DNA from: Ptychomitrium polyphyllum
Lineage: Eukaryota
Direction of reading: 5' to 3'
DNA: 64,000 nt
Assembly: GCA_973851085.1 (NCBI GenBank)
Contig: OZ316775.1
Span: 13,764,001 to 13,828,000 of the forward strand
A model generated the notes under the pieces. It had not been told where the DNA came from. It did no database searches and worked only from the letters and a program-made list of their open reading frames with translations. Below are positions 52,601 through 64,000 of the stretch, one piece after another. A program made the position numbers and the translations under genes. Positions within the stretch are counted from its first letter, which is position 1, and each line of letters begins with the position of its first letter.

Positions 52601-55600
52601 CTGCCCGGGTGGACCGGCGCCCATTTCACTTGCCGCGGCTTGTTTGTCCGACGACATGCCTGAGGCCATTGCCGGCCTGTCTGGGTAACCCACTCTCGAC
52701 ATGTGCTGCTGCGCCGCCACTCTTGGGTCTATGCCCGAAGGCATGTTCGGGTGCTCCATTGGATGACCGCCCACGCTGGCCCTTTGGTTCTGTTGGGCTC
52801 GCTGCTGGTTGGCCACCTGCTGTTGGTGTAGCTGCTGCCGAAACTGTATTTTTGCTGCTTCGCTCAGGTTCTTGTAGATGTTGGCAGCCGTCTGCCTCGA
52901 CATATCGCTCGGGAAATGCCTGTTCGCACCCAGAAACGCCGGATTCATGCCCACCCTCTCCTGCACCTGACCTGGCCTCGCCATGCTCTCGGCTTGTAAC
53001 TGGGCTGCTCGCATGTTGTGCGCCTGCATCTGGGCCTGCATCTGGGCCTGCATCTGGGCCTGCACCTGGGCCTGCACCTGGGCCTGCACCTGGGCCTGCA
53101 CCTGCGACTGCATCTGCGACTGTGCATATGCACGACCATCCTCCCTGCTGAACTCCTGTTGCAAGTTCCTGCCCTGGGGCCAGCTCTCCATGTTCCTTGC
53201 AACTTGCGCCTCCATCTGCTCCCTCGATATGAACTCCACTCGCGATGGGGTTGGCCGTCGGAGGGGGGAACCACCCATGTGCCCTGCACAACGCATACCA
53301 TCATTACGGCCGGACCATCACCCACGCTGCCCTTCCGCACAAACCACCTCTGCAACACCCAAATCACAGCACTCACACCCGCTCAAACTTACCCGGCCTC
53401 AGGTGCGCTAAGGAGGTCGCCGAGGGGCCACCGCCGTCCTCCGCACCTGACCCCTCCTGCTCCACCGGACCATCTGCGATCTCCTCCCCCTGCTCCGACT
53501 GATGCAACAGCTCCAGAGTGTTCCTGCGTGAAAAACCAAGCCCGTGCGCGATCAGACAGCTGCGCGTGCCCACGTCGATGCGTGCCATCGACCGCATACC
53601 ACACACATGTGACCCAACCGCCCTACCCAATCATCCCATGCTACGCAGACCCGGACCGCTCTGACCTCGCCTCCTCGGAGGGTGCACCGCCACCCTATCA
53701 CGCACTACACCACTTTCTGCATGTTGGGGGTGCACCATCCATTTCAAACCCACTGCCCCTCCGCCCGGGACCGTCACTCGCGTCACCAATGACCCCGTTC
53801 TTACACCACTCCCAGGTGCACCTCACTGCAACGCTCACATCGTGCTGCTTTACCTTCCAGGATCTGCCACATCTCTGCGGCCACCGAATCGTGCTCTGTG
53901 CGCCAACATGCTGCTGCTGTAGCTCGACTGCTCGTCGCCGGCGCTCTCAGGTCTCGGTGGAAGAAAGGGCTCCTGCAAAATCATGTTCCACGGCGTCAGG
54001 ATCCTCGCTTCCCAGCCGCTCCGGGTGCAACTCACCGACCCCTCACACATACCTCCGTCTACGCTAAATCACCTCCCCATCAGCCTCCCCACGCACACAC
54101 GTCACTTGCGACTCTCACATCTACCGCACACCCGTCCTGCATAACCTACTCGATGGTGCTCAAAGTGCTCCGCTGGCGCACATGCCAGGTCCTGTACCTT
54201 CCCCGCGCTCCCGCCCACGTTGCTTGTCTGCAGTGTTCTCCCTGCCAGATTCGACTGCTGCATTCGCATCTGACTGCCGCCCATTTGCCCGTGCGCCCAC
54301 CCACCCATCGACCCCTCTACCGCACCATTCAGCACACCGGGCCTTCCGTTGTTGCTCTGGTGCCCATAGCCCGGCGCTGCATTCATCGCTCCCACCGCTT
54401 GGGCCCCCGCAAACTCCTCTGCCATGCTGCCCCTTGCGTTCATCAGAGACGACAACCTCTTCTCCGCTTGCTGGTTGCTCAGCTGCAGCTGCACTCTGCC
54501 CTCCTGCTGCCCGCTGCTGTCCACCGCTGGAACCGCTGTATCATCGAATCTCTGCCTCGTATCAGGCGTCCACGCGTTCATCTTCCCCTGATTCTGCAAG
54601 CTGCCTTTGCTCAGCGACGCCTGATGCTCCGCAGGATAGTTCGAATAACGCATCGCCTCCTTGCTGCTGGAACTGTGGCCCCCGGGGTCCGACGAGTTCA
54701 CGGCGTTTCCATCCCTATCCATGGCCTGGGCGAACGAGCCCACGTTCTGAAGACTCTGCTCCACGTGCTGGCTCGTTGAGCTCGGATCGTTGTCGCTCAG
54801 CGATGCCTGACTCAACGCCTCCTGGAAGCTCGGACCCTGGTTGCTCGCCTGCTGCCGTCCTTCCACATCTTGGAACCCTTGGCCCGGCTGCGGGCTCCCC
54901 GACAGCATCACCTGTTGCTCCATCCTCGCGCCTGCTTGGCTCTCCCCGCCCGCATCCGCCTGCATGGCGCGTTGCCCGCCGCCCCAGCCATTCAACGCCA
55001 TCCTTGCTTTCGACCCCTCCGATAACTCCGCTTGCGGCCCCGCCGCGTGAGAACTGTTCTGCCCCCACAGTGCGCTCTGCGGCCCCTTCTCGGCCTCGCC
55101 CAGCTGACCAGCGCTCCCCGGATTCTGCACGCTCTGCCACAAGCTCTTCCAGCTCGTCTGCGCACGATCCACCTCCGTAAATGCCTGCAGAGAAGCATGC
55201 GCCCCTACTGCTTGTTGAGGGCTCGCCTGCAGCAGGCTGTGGTTGCGCCAATTCGTCTCCTCCTGGGAGTTCTGCAACTCCTGCTGCCTCCCGTTCGCCT
55301 CCATCTCCGACAGCTCCAGCATCGGTGCCCCCAGCTGTAACGGACTCTGGTGCATCATTCCACCGTTTGCCTGACCGCCCAGAGGATGCCCACCCGTCGA
55401 CTTCGGGGTTCCCTGCTGCACCACGGACCCGCTCTGCGTATTCTGCTGCCCCGAACCGATGTCGCCCGACGACTGCGAGTTGCTGGGTTGGACGCTGTGA
55501 ACTCCCCACACGCTCTGCGGCTGCATCTTCGACCTCTCGAACGCCAGAGAGTTGTCCGACTCGGGAACGGGATGCCCCTCGCTCCCCGCGGACCAGCTGC

Positions 55601-57288
55601 TGCTCTTCAGCAACAGGCCGCCGTTGCCGGGCAACATCACTGGAACCTCCACCTGCGACGCATCTGCCTCCATCTCATAGTTGTTCCACATCGGCTGCTG
55701 GCTCCTATCGCCGGCATTCTGTAAGAACGTCCCGATTGCCTGGTGCGCCCCTTGCTGGTAATGGTGCCCGGGGTGACCCGCCAGCTGGGAGTTCCTCTCT
55801 TGCGCCATGTTCGCGGCAGGTTGCTGGACAATGCCCGCATGACGAGACTGCGGATTCTGGGCGCTTCTGCTCGCTGCCATCAGCCGCTGCTGCTGCTGGA
55901 TGGGATCCATGGAGGTCAGACTCTGAGAAAATAGCTTCACGTGAGGAGCCCCGTCCTGCTGAGCAGCGTTTCCTCTCAGGCTCTGCTGATGCCGTCTGTG
56001 CGCTTCTTCCAAAGCCTGTCTGCTGCCTGCCATGAAGTTGCCCTGGTGAGAATTGCCGGGAAACCCTTGCATGTGCTTCGCTGCCTGAGACGGCTGCGGC
56101 TGCTGCTGCTGCTGCTGCTGCTGCATTGCTTGCCCGAACAACATCCTCGCCTTCGATGCCTGATGATCTTGACCGTCCGCCCGACCTTCCATCCCGGCCA
56201 GAGGCGACGGTCCTGCTCCAAGGCTGCGGGGAATCGGCCTGTTGATCTGCGCCGCAGCACCCGGGTGCTTGCCCATTCCGCCCAGGAAACCCGGCATCGC
56301 CCCACCCTGTGCATTCGCGTACGGGCTCGACTGCTGGCCTGCCTTGCCGCTGTTTGCAGCGGATGCATGCATGGATTGATCCAGCCCTGAGGCCTTCATC
56401 GCCAACTGATGCCAGCTGAAGCTGTTGTCCTGCCCCAGGAGGTAGTTGATGGGACCCTGGCCCGCCCCGCCCTCGTTCTGCGGATTGTACATCAGGCTTC
56501 CGCCGCTGCTCTGGTTCACCGCCTGCACGTTCGGAGGGACGAACGGATTGTGTCCATCTGCGCTCGTCTGAGGTGAGTTCACACGCTCCGGCTGTTGCTG
56601 CATCACTTGCGGCAGATCCTGTAGCGATCCCTCGCCCAGGAACGCTTGGAACTGGTTCCCGGAGGCTTGACTCTGATTTCCGCCCAGCAACTGCTGCTGC
56701 TGAGCCTGATGCTGCAGACGCTGCCTCACCTGCAAGACCAGCCACGACATCCATCAGCCCCGGTTCCGCGCGCTCGCCTGCGGACCACTCTCCAGCAAAC
56801 ACGATAAAACGCAGGATCCCGGACGGAGCACCCTCTTCCACGCAGATCCACCTGTGGCGGTGCCCGCTCGACCACCTCCGTTCCCCCACCACAAACGATA
56901 CGACCGGGACCAACGCTGTCCTAAGCTACTCCACAACCCTCCCTAGCACTCGCAACAGCATTCCGTACTGAGAAAGATTGCAAGGAACGATGCCTCGGTG
57001 GACGTCTGTCCCCTGCCAATACTTTCACGACACCGAAAGGCACACAGCACAGCATTCCTCACCGACGACACACATCTCTTCGTCAGCGTTTCCTGAACTT
57101 CCTGCATGCACACGCAACATCCCTAGCATTCACTGCTGTGAAAACGTATACGCCGCAGTACACATCATTCCCGACATCTCAGCACAACCATCTAGCGCGG
57201 CACACCTGAGCTTGCTGACGCTGATGCATATCCTCATAACTGTTGTTGCCGTATGCGTTGAACTGCCGAGGCGCCTGCCGCGCTGCCA

Positions 57289-57321
<33 letters not shown>

Positions 57322-60099
57322 TCCACAGCTGAGCGTCGCCTTCGTTCAGCTGCTGCCTCGCCTCGGACTGACCTTGTCCCTTCATTGCGTAATCACCACC
57401 GCCCAAGAAGTCATAGTCACTAACCTTCAATGGCGACACTTCCATGTTCTGGCTGTCGTACTTGCTGAAGCTCTGGTTCTGCTGCCCCTGCAGCCGCAGC
57501 TGCTGCTCTCTGCTGCCCGCTTCTTGCATCCGGAGCTGCTTTTCCCTGCTGCTTGCTTCTTGCATCCGGAGCTGCTGCTCCCGAAGCTGCTGCTGCTCCC
57601 TAATCTGCTGTTCCCTAATCTGCTGCTGCTCCCTCATCTGCTGCTGCTCCCTCATCTGCTGCTGCTCCCTCATCTGCTGCTGCTCCCTCATCTGCTGCTG
57701 CTCCCGAAGCTGCTGCTGTTCCCTCATCTGCTGCTGCTCCCGAAGCTGCTGCTGCTCCCGAAGCTGCTGCTGCTCCCTCATCTGCTGCTGCTCCCGAAGC
57801 TGCTGCTCACGATTCCTGGCTTCTTGCATCCGCATTTGCTGCTCTCTGCCGTTCGCCTCTTGCACCATGGTTCTGTATCGCTGCTGCTCCATCAGACTCA
57901 TGTTCTGTGCCACATTTCCGGCCTGTTGATATCCAGATCCGTTCAAGAGCCCCGGGAAATCGTACTGAGGATTCTTCCCGCCCGACGAACTCTGGACCGC
58001 CTGCACTCTGCCCGCATCCGCCTGCTGCGGCATCTTGTGCAGCTGATGGCTGTTCGTAGGCAGGAAGGAGTACATCGAGGGGGTGGGATCGCTGTTCACC
58101 ACTTGCGCCATGGGATACATCGCTCCTGGATATTCCGACCCGCTCTGAGGAACCCCCATCCTCAACCGCATCGACCTCCTCTGCTCTTCGGTCATCGCCG
58201 CCCAGTTGTACACCTGCGACTGACCCCTCTGGCTGTTGCTCGCTGCCCAGCTGTTGTCGGGCATCCACCAGCTACTGCCCGCCACCGGCGGCTGCTGAGA
58301 CCCCTGACCCGACTCGAAGAACTCCTGGTTCTCCTCGCCTCCATTGCTGCCGAACAAATTCAGCTGCGACTGCTGCACCTGTTGCTGAGGTGCCTGATTC
58401 TTCGCAAAAAAGTCCACGCTGGAAACGGGCTTCGGCACTGGTTGAGAGATCTGATACTCGCCGTACACCGCGTTGCTGCCTCCCACTCCGTTCTGCACAC
58501 ACACTCGTCACCACCTCAGCCCGCTGCACACTCCACGCTCAAACGACCACGCATCCACGTACCACTACCACGTCACGCAAACACCCCCAACCCCAGCGCC
58601 CCTCGAACCGACACCCACACAACACAGCCTCCACGCAGGGACGGGGAACGCCCTCCCACCCACGAACCGTGCAACCAGCTGCACCGTTGGGCGCCTCTCA
58701 CATGACAACAAGCCAACCAAATCCAAGGCACACGGGTCGCCCGATTCACTACCTCAGCGCTCGAATGCATCGCTTGCTCCTTGTAGAACTCTTTCTCGGA
58801 ACCATCCCTGGAGGACAACGAATGCAAGGGTCAGTTGCTGCCAAGCTGCCTTCGCGCACTCTCTCCGAACTACCCCATGTCCTCCTCCACCCGACACCAA
58901 CTGTGGACAGCACTCGCCCACACATTCCGAACCTCGCCTCCAAGCTATCCACCACTACGCACCACGCCCGTTCCTCGGACCCGCCCCTCGACTTCCCAGC
59001 ACACAAACTACACAACTTCACGCGCACGCTACACACACAGTGAATGCTGGTAACCACGGATCCATGCACTTCCCCTACTGCCACGCAAATCACATGAAAG
59101 GCCGACCAAATGAACCGCGTGCAAAGCAACGGATCACCGGTTGCCCCACAGGAGCAGGCCCCAACCGACAACACGGAGCACTGCAAACCCTAAGGGCCTG
59201 CCCCCGTGTTGCTCGGACGACACACCCCCCGCTCCCAACCCCAACGAGATGCCGGCTGCCTTCCGGCCCCTGCCACCTCGCCTCCACGCAATTATGCTAC
59301 CAGCTGCAAAAACCCTCCATTCAGACCCCCAGGAGATGGCGCCCACTAACCTCGACTGCTCCAGAGCCTGATTGTCGTCTCCGTCGCCTGCATATCCATA
59401 AGAACCAACCACTCCCGAACCGTCTAAGAGGTCGAACGAAGGGAAGGATGCATCCGTCGCATGCTCGTCTTCCAACCGCATACAATATTGGCATGTCAGC
59501 AACATACAGCTTTCCGCTGGCGCTATCAAACCTACTGGACGCTTTCAACGTTCGCCACTACGGCGACCAATGGACAAACAGACCCGATCCTGTCGACTTC
59601 ATGACATCAACGATGGAGGCCTTGGTGTGGAAGTCCCGTACTCACCTGGAAGCAGGACCGCCGTGGCCTCCGGTGCTGAAGCGATGCTACAGGACAGAGT
59701 ACAGCGGAGGATAAGAGCACGGAAAAGCTGAAAACTGAACGACACAGACCCCCTGCCCACCGGATTCGACACTGGCATGCACTCTCGGAGATCACCCTAC
59801 ACAAAACCATGCACTCGCGGACACCACGTTCTAATTTCACAGCAATCACGACGACACAATTCACGCCACCAGCCCGCTGAAAACATCGAAAGCACGTCCA
59901 CCCGCCGCACCCCGCGCAACTCTCGGACGGCACAGCATAAACCCACGGCTCGCCCGCTCGCGCTGTGGCGAGTGACCCTGAATATACCACTGAGCTACGT
60001 CATGGAATGCACGTACTTGTTGTTCGGCCGATCCAGGAGAGTGAAGTCGATGGACGCGTAGCCATCCTGGGCCATCATGAACTCGTTCTCGATCTCCAT
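49670..60099 (-). CDS. Large Gln-rich disordered protein with conserved C-terminal domain (plant 'dentin sialophosphoprotein-like' / AT5G07940-type), ~1954 aa, 13 coding exons
   Basis: Hand-built frame-consistent GT-AG model: 60099-60017, 59686-59646, 59387-59351, 58807-58753, 58492-57206, 56729-54198, 53972-53854, 53523-53393, 53283-52443, 51888-51840, 51000-50696, 50426-50310, 49937-49670. Motifs NTLELLHQ, KKRK..LVPW, AETEWAGATN, KRRLKFTTQLMQQL, DLDKMVVLNRMARVHG, PERFVAAV match the family as recalled. Small 5' exons and donor 54198 are less certain. Confidence 0.8.
53024..53122 (-). repeat. Coding 12-bp tandem repeat (QAQV/QAQM)
   Basis: Units of CTGCATCTGGGC / CTGCACCTGGGC on the plus strand, about 7-8 copies. 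Confidence 0.92.
57490..57850 (-). repeat. Coding 18-bp tandem repeat (REQQQM/L) with flanking RMQEA..REQQ units
   Basis: About 13 copies of CTGCTGCTGCTCCCTCAT / CTGCTGCTGCTCCCGAAG-like units; pure CAG tracts also at ~57290-57320 and ~56100-56123. Confidence 0.93.
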
Positions 60100-62706
60100 G
60101 GCCTTCGACGCCCCCGCAGAGGCCCTCCGGCCTCCTCCTGCAGGGAGAATTCTCCGTCCTCCTGGTCCTGTCAATCCTCCAGCACCACCTCGCTTGCCAT
60201 TCCTACGCTCTACTCCCTACTGTAACCCGCGCCAACGATCGCGGCCGCGGCCACGTCAACGCCCTGTCGTCGGAAGCATGTCACCCCCGAAGGCGGAGGC
60301 GGGAAATGCCACTGTTCGGAGGCATTCGCCGGAATCATTGGAAGCGGCATCTCCAGGAAACGCGCGCCACCACGCACCAGCTGCGGCTGCGACGCAACGA
60401 CTCAATCCGGCGCTCTCACGCCCTGCCCCACCGCCACCAATCCCCTCCCGCCACCCGACAGATGGGAGCCCCGGCCCGCGCACGCCCCCAGGCCTACTTC
60501 CAATTCTGCAAACCCACCGGGCGAACGGAACTGCCCAAACTTGGTCCAGCACGGCGATCTGGCGACCTCCCTCCGCCAGAAAACCCTGAGCCAGCCTGCC
60601 CGGCGACCTAACACTGCGAACCTCGCTCCAGCCACGGAGACCACCGTCTCGCTGCAGAAGACAGACCGCCGCTGCGGTGAGGCTCCGCCACAAACCCCTC
60701 GCTCGCCTCGCTCCCCCGCCTGTCCCTCTAACCCTAAACTGGCACCAACACCAAAATCCTCAACGACGAGCAAATCCCCTCCTCCTCCGCCCCTCCCCGA
60801 GCCTAGGGCTTGCGACGCTCCGCTCCGCTCCACGCCACGCCGCAGGCGACACGAACCCCTCACGCTCCCCCCGACCAAACCCCATCCACCACCAAACCCT
60901 GAATCCCAACTCCCCTCCCCCGCCAATGCTCCCAAATCCACGCCAGCGCTCCACCTCCACCGCCAAGAGGAACCCCACGTCCGCACGAGAGGCGGTGATC
61001 ACGCTCCCCGGGCAGCTTGCGCATCCCAACCCAACCACTGCGCGGTCGCCCTCCCGGCCCCGGGCTGCCCTAGTAGACCCGCCATGGCAACGATCCCCTG
61101 CACCACCACGACCCCGCCATAACGATGGCAGCCCCTCACGACGCGAGAGCCACCTGAAACAGCGTCCGTTTCTGCCCGCCTCGGCCTGCCTGCCCTTACC
61201 GCTCCCCGCTCGGTACTTACTTACTAGTTGGCGGATCACTCGCGAGTTACCATTCAACTACCACCCCACCCCCACCAGCACCGCCACCCCACCACGCCCA
61301 GCACCATTGTTGCACCCGCCTCCCGCCATCGACGAACCTACTCCGCTCTCTCCGTGGGCACGAGCAGCGGTACTATTGCTCCAGGCTCACAGCAAAGGGC
61401 CGTTGCCTGCGCTCGCTTCCAGTCCATTATCCCCACTCCACAGTCCAGCCTCATCATAGAGCCTGCGAGCCAGCGAGCACGGTCTTCCCGCTTCTCCAAC
61501 GCCCCCCGGCCCCCCAACCCCAACCCCCCCTCTCGTGAAAATCAGGCTCCTTGCCATGTCACCCCCTGGGCCGCTTCTTTCTGGGAGGGCGGGCCTGGGC
61601 TTTCTTCTGACCTGCGTTTGGTTCTGGTCCGGGGCTGCTGACGTGGCACAGAGGGTGGTCTACCCCTTTTGGGGCTTCAATGCTTATGGTGCTCACGTGA
61701 CTAGGTTCAGCGTGGTAATTCGCTATCTGTTTTCTAGGCGTTCGCTCCATTTGTTTCCTCGATTTCCAACGAATGAATTACGCTCTGCCACAGGGAGAAC
61801 CTCCCACTGCCGTCGCCACCGAAGGTGACCGGTTTGGTGGCCTGATTGGGGCACCCATTCCAAGGTGCCCGGTCCGGGCCGTGATGTTGAATTTGGCCCC
61901 GATGACCATCTCTCTCGCGCTTCCGCCCCACGTCCTTGGCCGGAGGGTGAACTCGGTCGTCGGTCCGATTCCCCGACATTCAATCCAAAGTGGACTTGTA
62001 GAGCTACGGTGTTGTTTCTCTTGATCGCGTTTAGCTTTCCTTGCATTCATCTCAAGTTGGGTTTGGCCACTCCGCAAGCTATGCATTTTGGAGTTGTTCT
62101 GCAACGAAGCATGCGCACATGCGATAAGAGGCGAATGCGGAGGGTGGTGATGAAGGTGCCGATTTGGGCAAACCTAATTCCTCGTTCAAGTGTCTATCCA
62201 TGTCACATCTCACCGGTTCGGCAGGCAAATCCCTTGTCCACGAGCTTCCACACTGCTGCTCTATATGCACATCTTTTGCACCTCAGTCTTATGCTGTGCT
62301 GGTTCCAAGCTTCTTGACGGGAGGCCCGCATTGATGTTAGAGATGTGGCTCAAACGTGTTCTTCTTTCAACAAATTGCACGTATCATGGGCGCAACCGCA
62401 AGCCCAACTTATTGCAAAGAGGCAAAACACTAGACTTGGATGAAACGGCGGAAGCCATCAAGGACATACTTTTTTGAAACCGTTGGACCTTTTGCAGTTT
62501 GAGAGGTGTGGATGGTGTTTATGTGAGGTTATTTGTGTATAGATGATCGTTTAAGATTTTCATATACCATCTCATAATTAGGTTAATGTTGTAATTTTTT
62601 GGTGTTTGATGCATAAATGCGAAGGTGCCTTTTATACAAGTGGACAGTTATTCTCTTTAGTTAATGATAGGTGAAAATTGTTATTTGTGTATATACATGT
62701 TCATAT

Positions 62707-63790
62707 GTTGTCGAGCACCTCCTTAAGAAGTGTCCGCATCACTAAGAGCGCAAGGAGGATCCCGAAGTAACATCCGAGCCTTGTGTCGTCGTTAGTAAGG
62801 GGAACCGAGTGGGGCTAGCGTGGGAAGGAACCCGAGGGAGAGAAACATCATTGTCCATGTAGACCAATAGCCTCGTGGGATAAATCGTAGACATTGGAGG
62901 AATCACGTAGAGCTGATTCTAGAATGCTAATGATTGCTCAAATCGAACAATGGAACTAAAAGATACGGCATCCTAAAGTTGGGATTGCCAAGGGGCTGTT
63001 CTGGACTATGGCAGCCCTACACAGTAACTGTACTGGAGTGGGACAGTCCAGTGAGGGACTCTTTAGGAGTCCCAAACCTTGGGAGAGGCATATCTCCCAG
63101 AATACTAACTCAAATTGGACGTTTCAGGAATCTATTGGCATCTACGCAAAGAGTAGATGAGAATAGAGTGGTCGCTTGATACATTCAAGCTCCGGACGTG
63201 GATGATAGGGCTCCTTGAAGATTCGTAGGGAGTTTTGGATCCTTCCAGCGACTAAGTTCCAAAGGAGATTGGATGGTCTTCTAAACTTTGGGTGTGTCGG
63301 AGTTCAGCTAGCTAAAGACGGTTAGGGGGCCTGCCAAATCCCACTGAGAGTACTATAGGGGAGGACTGGTCCTCCTCTCTACCTCCTAGTGTCTTGATAG
63401 GAACCAAGGGTGAGTCTCGGTTTGTGGAGCTAGTATTGGAGCTTCACCACAGGGACTCCAACACCATTGTGAGCCGGTTGATGGCCGATTTTACGGAGGA
63501 AACCAGCACGTTTAAAACGGTACGCTTGTTACCACTAAGTTGGGGTGGTGTCTTCACGCCGGCACCATGATGGCCCAGGGTGATCTTAGGATTGCATGGA
63601 GATCATGAGTTGTGGTGAGGAGACACCACTAAGTGCGGTTAGGCCGTGTGGAATGGAAGTAACACCAAGTGAGGCCTTGGACATGAATGGAAGTCCGCAC
63701 CTAACCATTGACTACCAATCAATTGGGTGTCCTAAGAGAAATGGTAAAGGTAATTGGAAACCAAACTTGGGACTTAGAGAGTGAAAATGG
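62707..63790. mobile_element. Probable retroelement-derived remnant
   Basis: Abrupt compositional change starting TGTTGTCG, purine-rich, no intact ORF; family not recognised. Confidence 0.3.
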
Positions 63791-64000
63791 AAGTTAAGCA
63801 TGTGCATGTGGGGGTGTACAGGGTTGACGCGCGTGACATTTGTTAAGGTGCATTATGAGGGTTGCGACATACGTATTCAAATATTGGAAAATAATTTCAT
63901 TTAACTTTATAAGTTTATCATATTGTTTCGTGTATATGTTGATTTTAAAATTGAAAGGATTGATACTAAGCAATACAAATACATCCTTGTAGTTCTGCAA

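Noticed and set aside
56978..58705. 575-aa Leu-rich and 161-aa Cys-rich plus-strand ORFs
   Set aside because: Antisense shadows of the CAG-rich REQQQ coding repeat.
58390..62317. Many long overlapping ORFs in GC-rich DNA
   Set aside because: Expected from stop-codon scarcity at high GC; region is explained as introns, 5'UTR and promoter of the Gln-rich gene.

Overview
Land-plant genomic DNA, most likely a moss: GT-AG introns, very AT-rich intergenic DNA full of decayed TE remnants, and GC-rich genes. The species cannot be fixed from sequence alone. Intact genes: (1) a 2-exon cytosolic class I fructose-bisphosphate aldolase; (2) a 3-exon ~116-aa hydrophilic protein with ABRE motifs upstream; (3) a PGG-domain membrane protein lacking ankyrin repeats; (4) two identical, outward-facing copies of an unrecognised 162-aa secreted Val/Leu-rich protein on the ~4.4-kb arms of a near-perfect palindrome (29176-40284); (5) an intronless membrane-anchored AAA+ ATPase that looks fungal in type, a horizontal transfer candidate; (6) a 13-exon ~1950-aa Gln-rich protein. 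The palindrome spacer holds a broken, intron-bearing paralog of the secreted-protein gene, plus a 100-N gap with a probably artefactual 937-bp duplication. Also present are a frameshifted kinase pseudogene, a solo LTR with TSD and a degenerate inverted-repeat pair. Gene models were built by hand from splice signals and frame continuity. Family assignments are from recalled motifs, not database searches.
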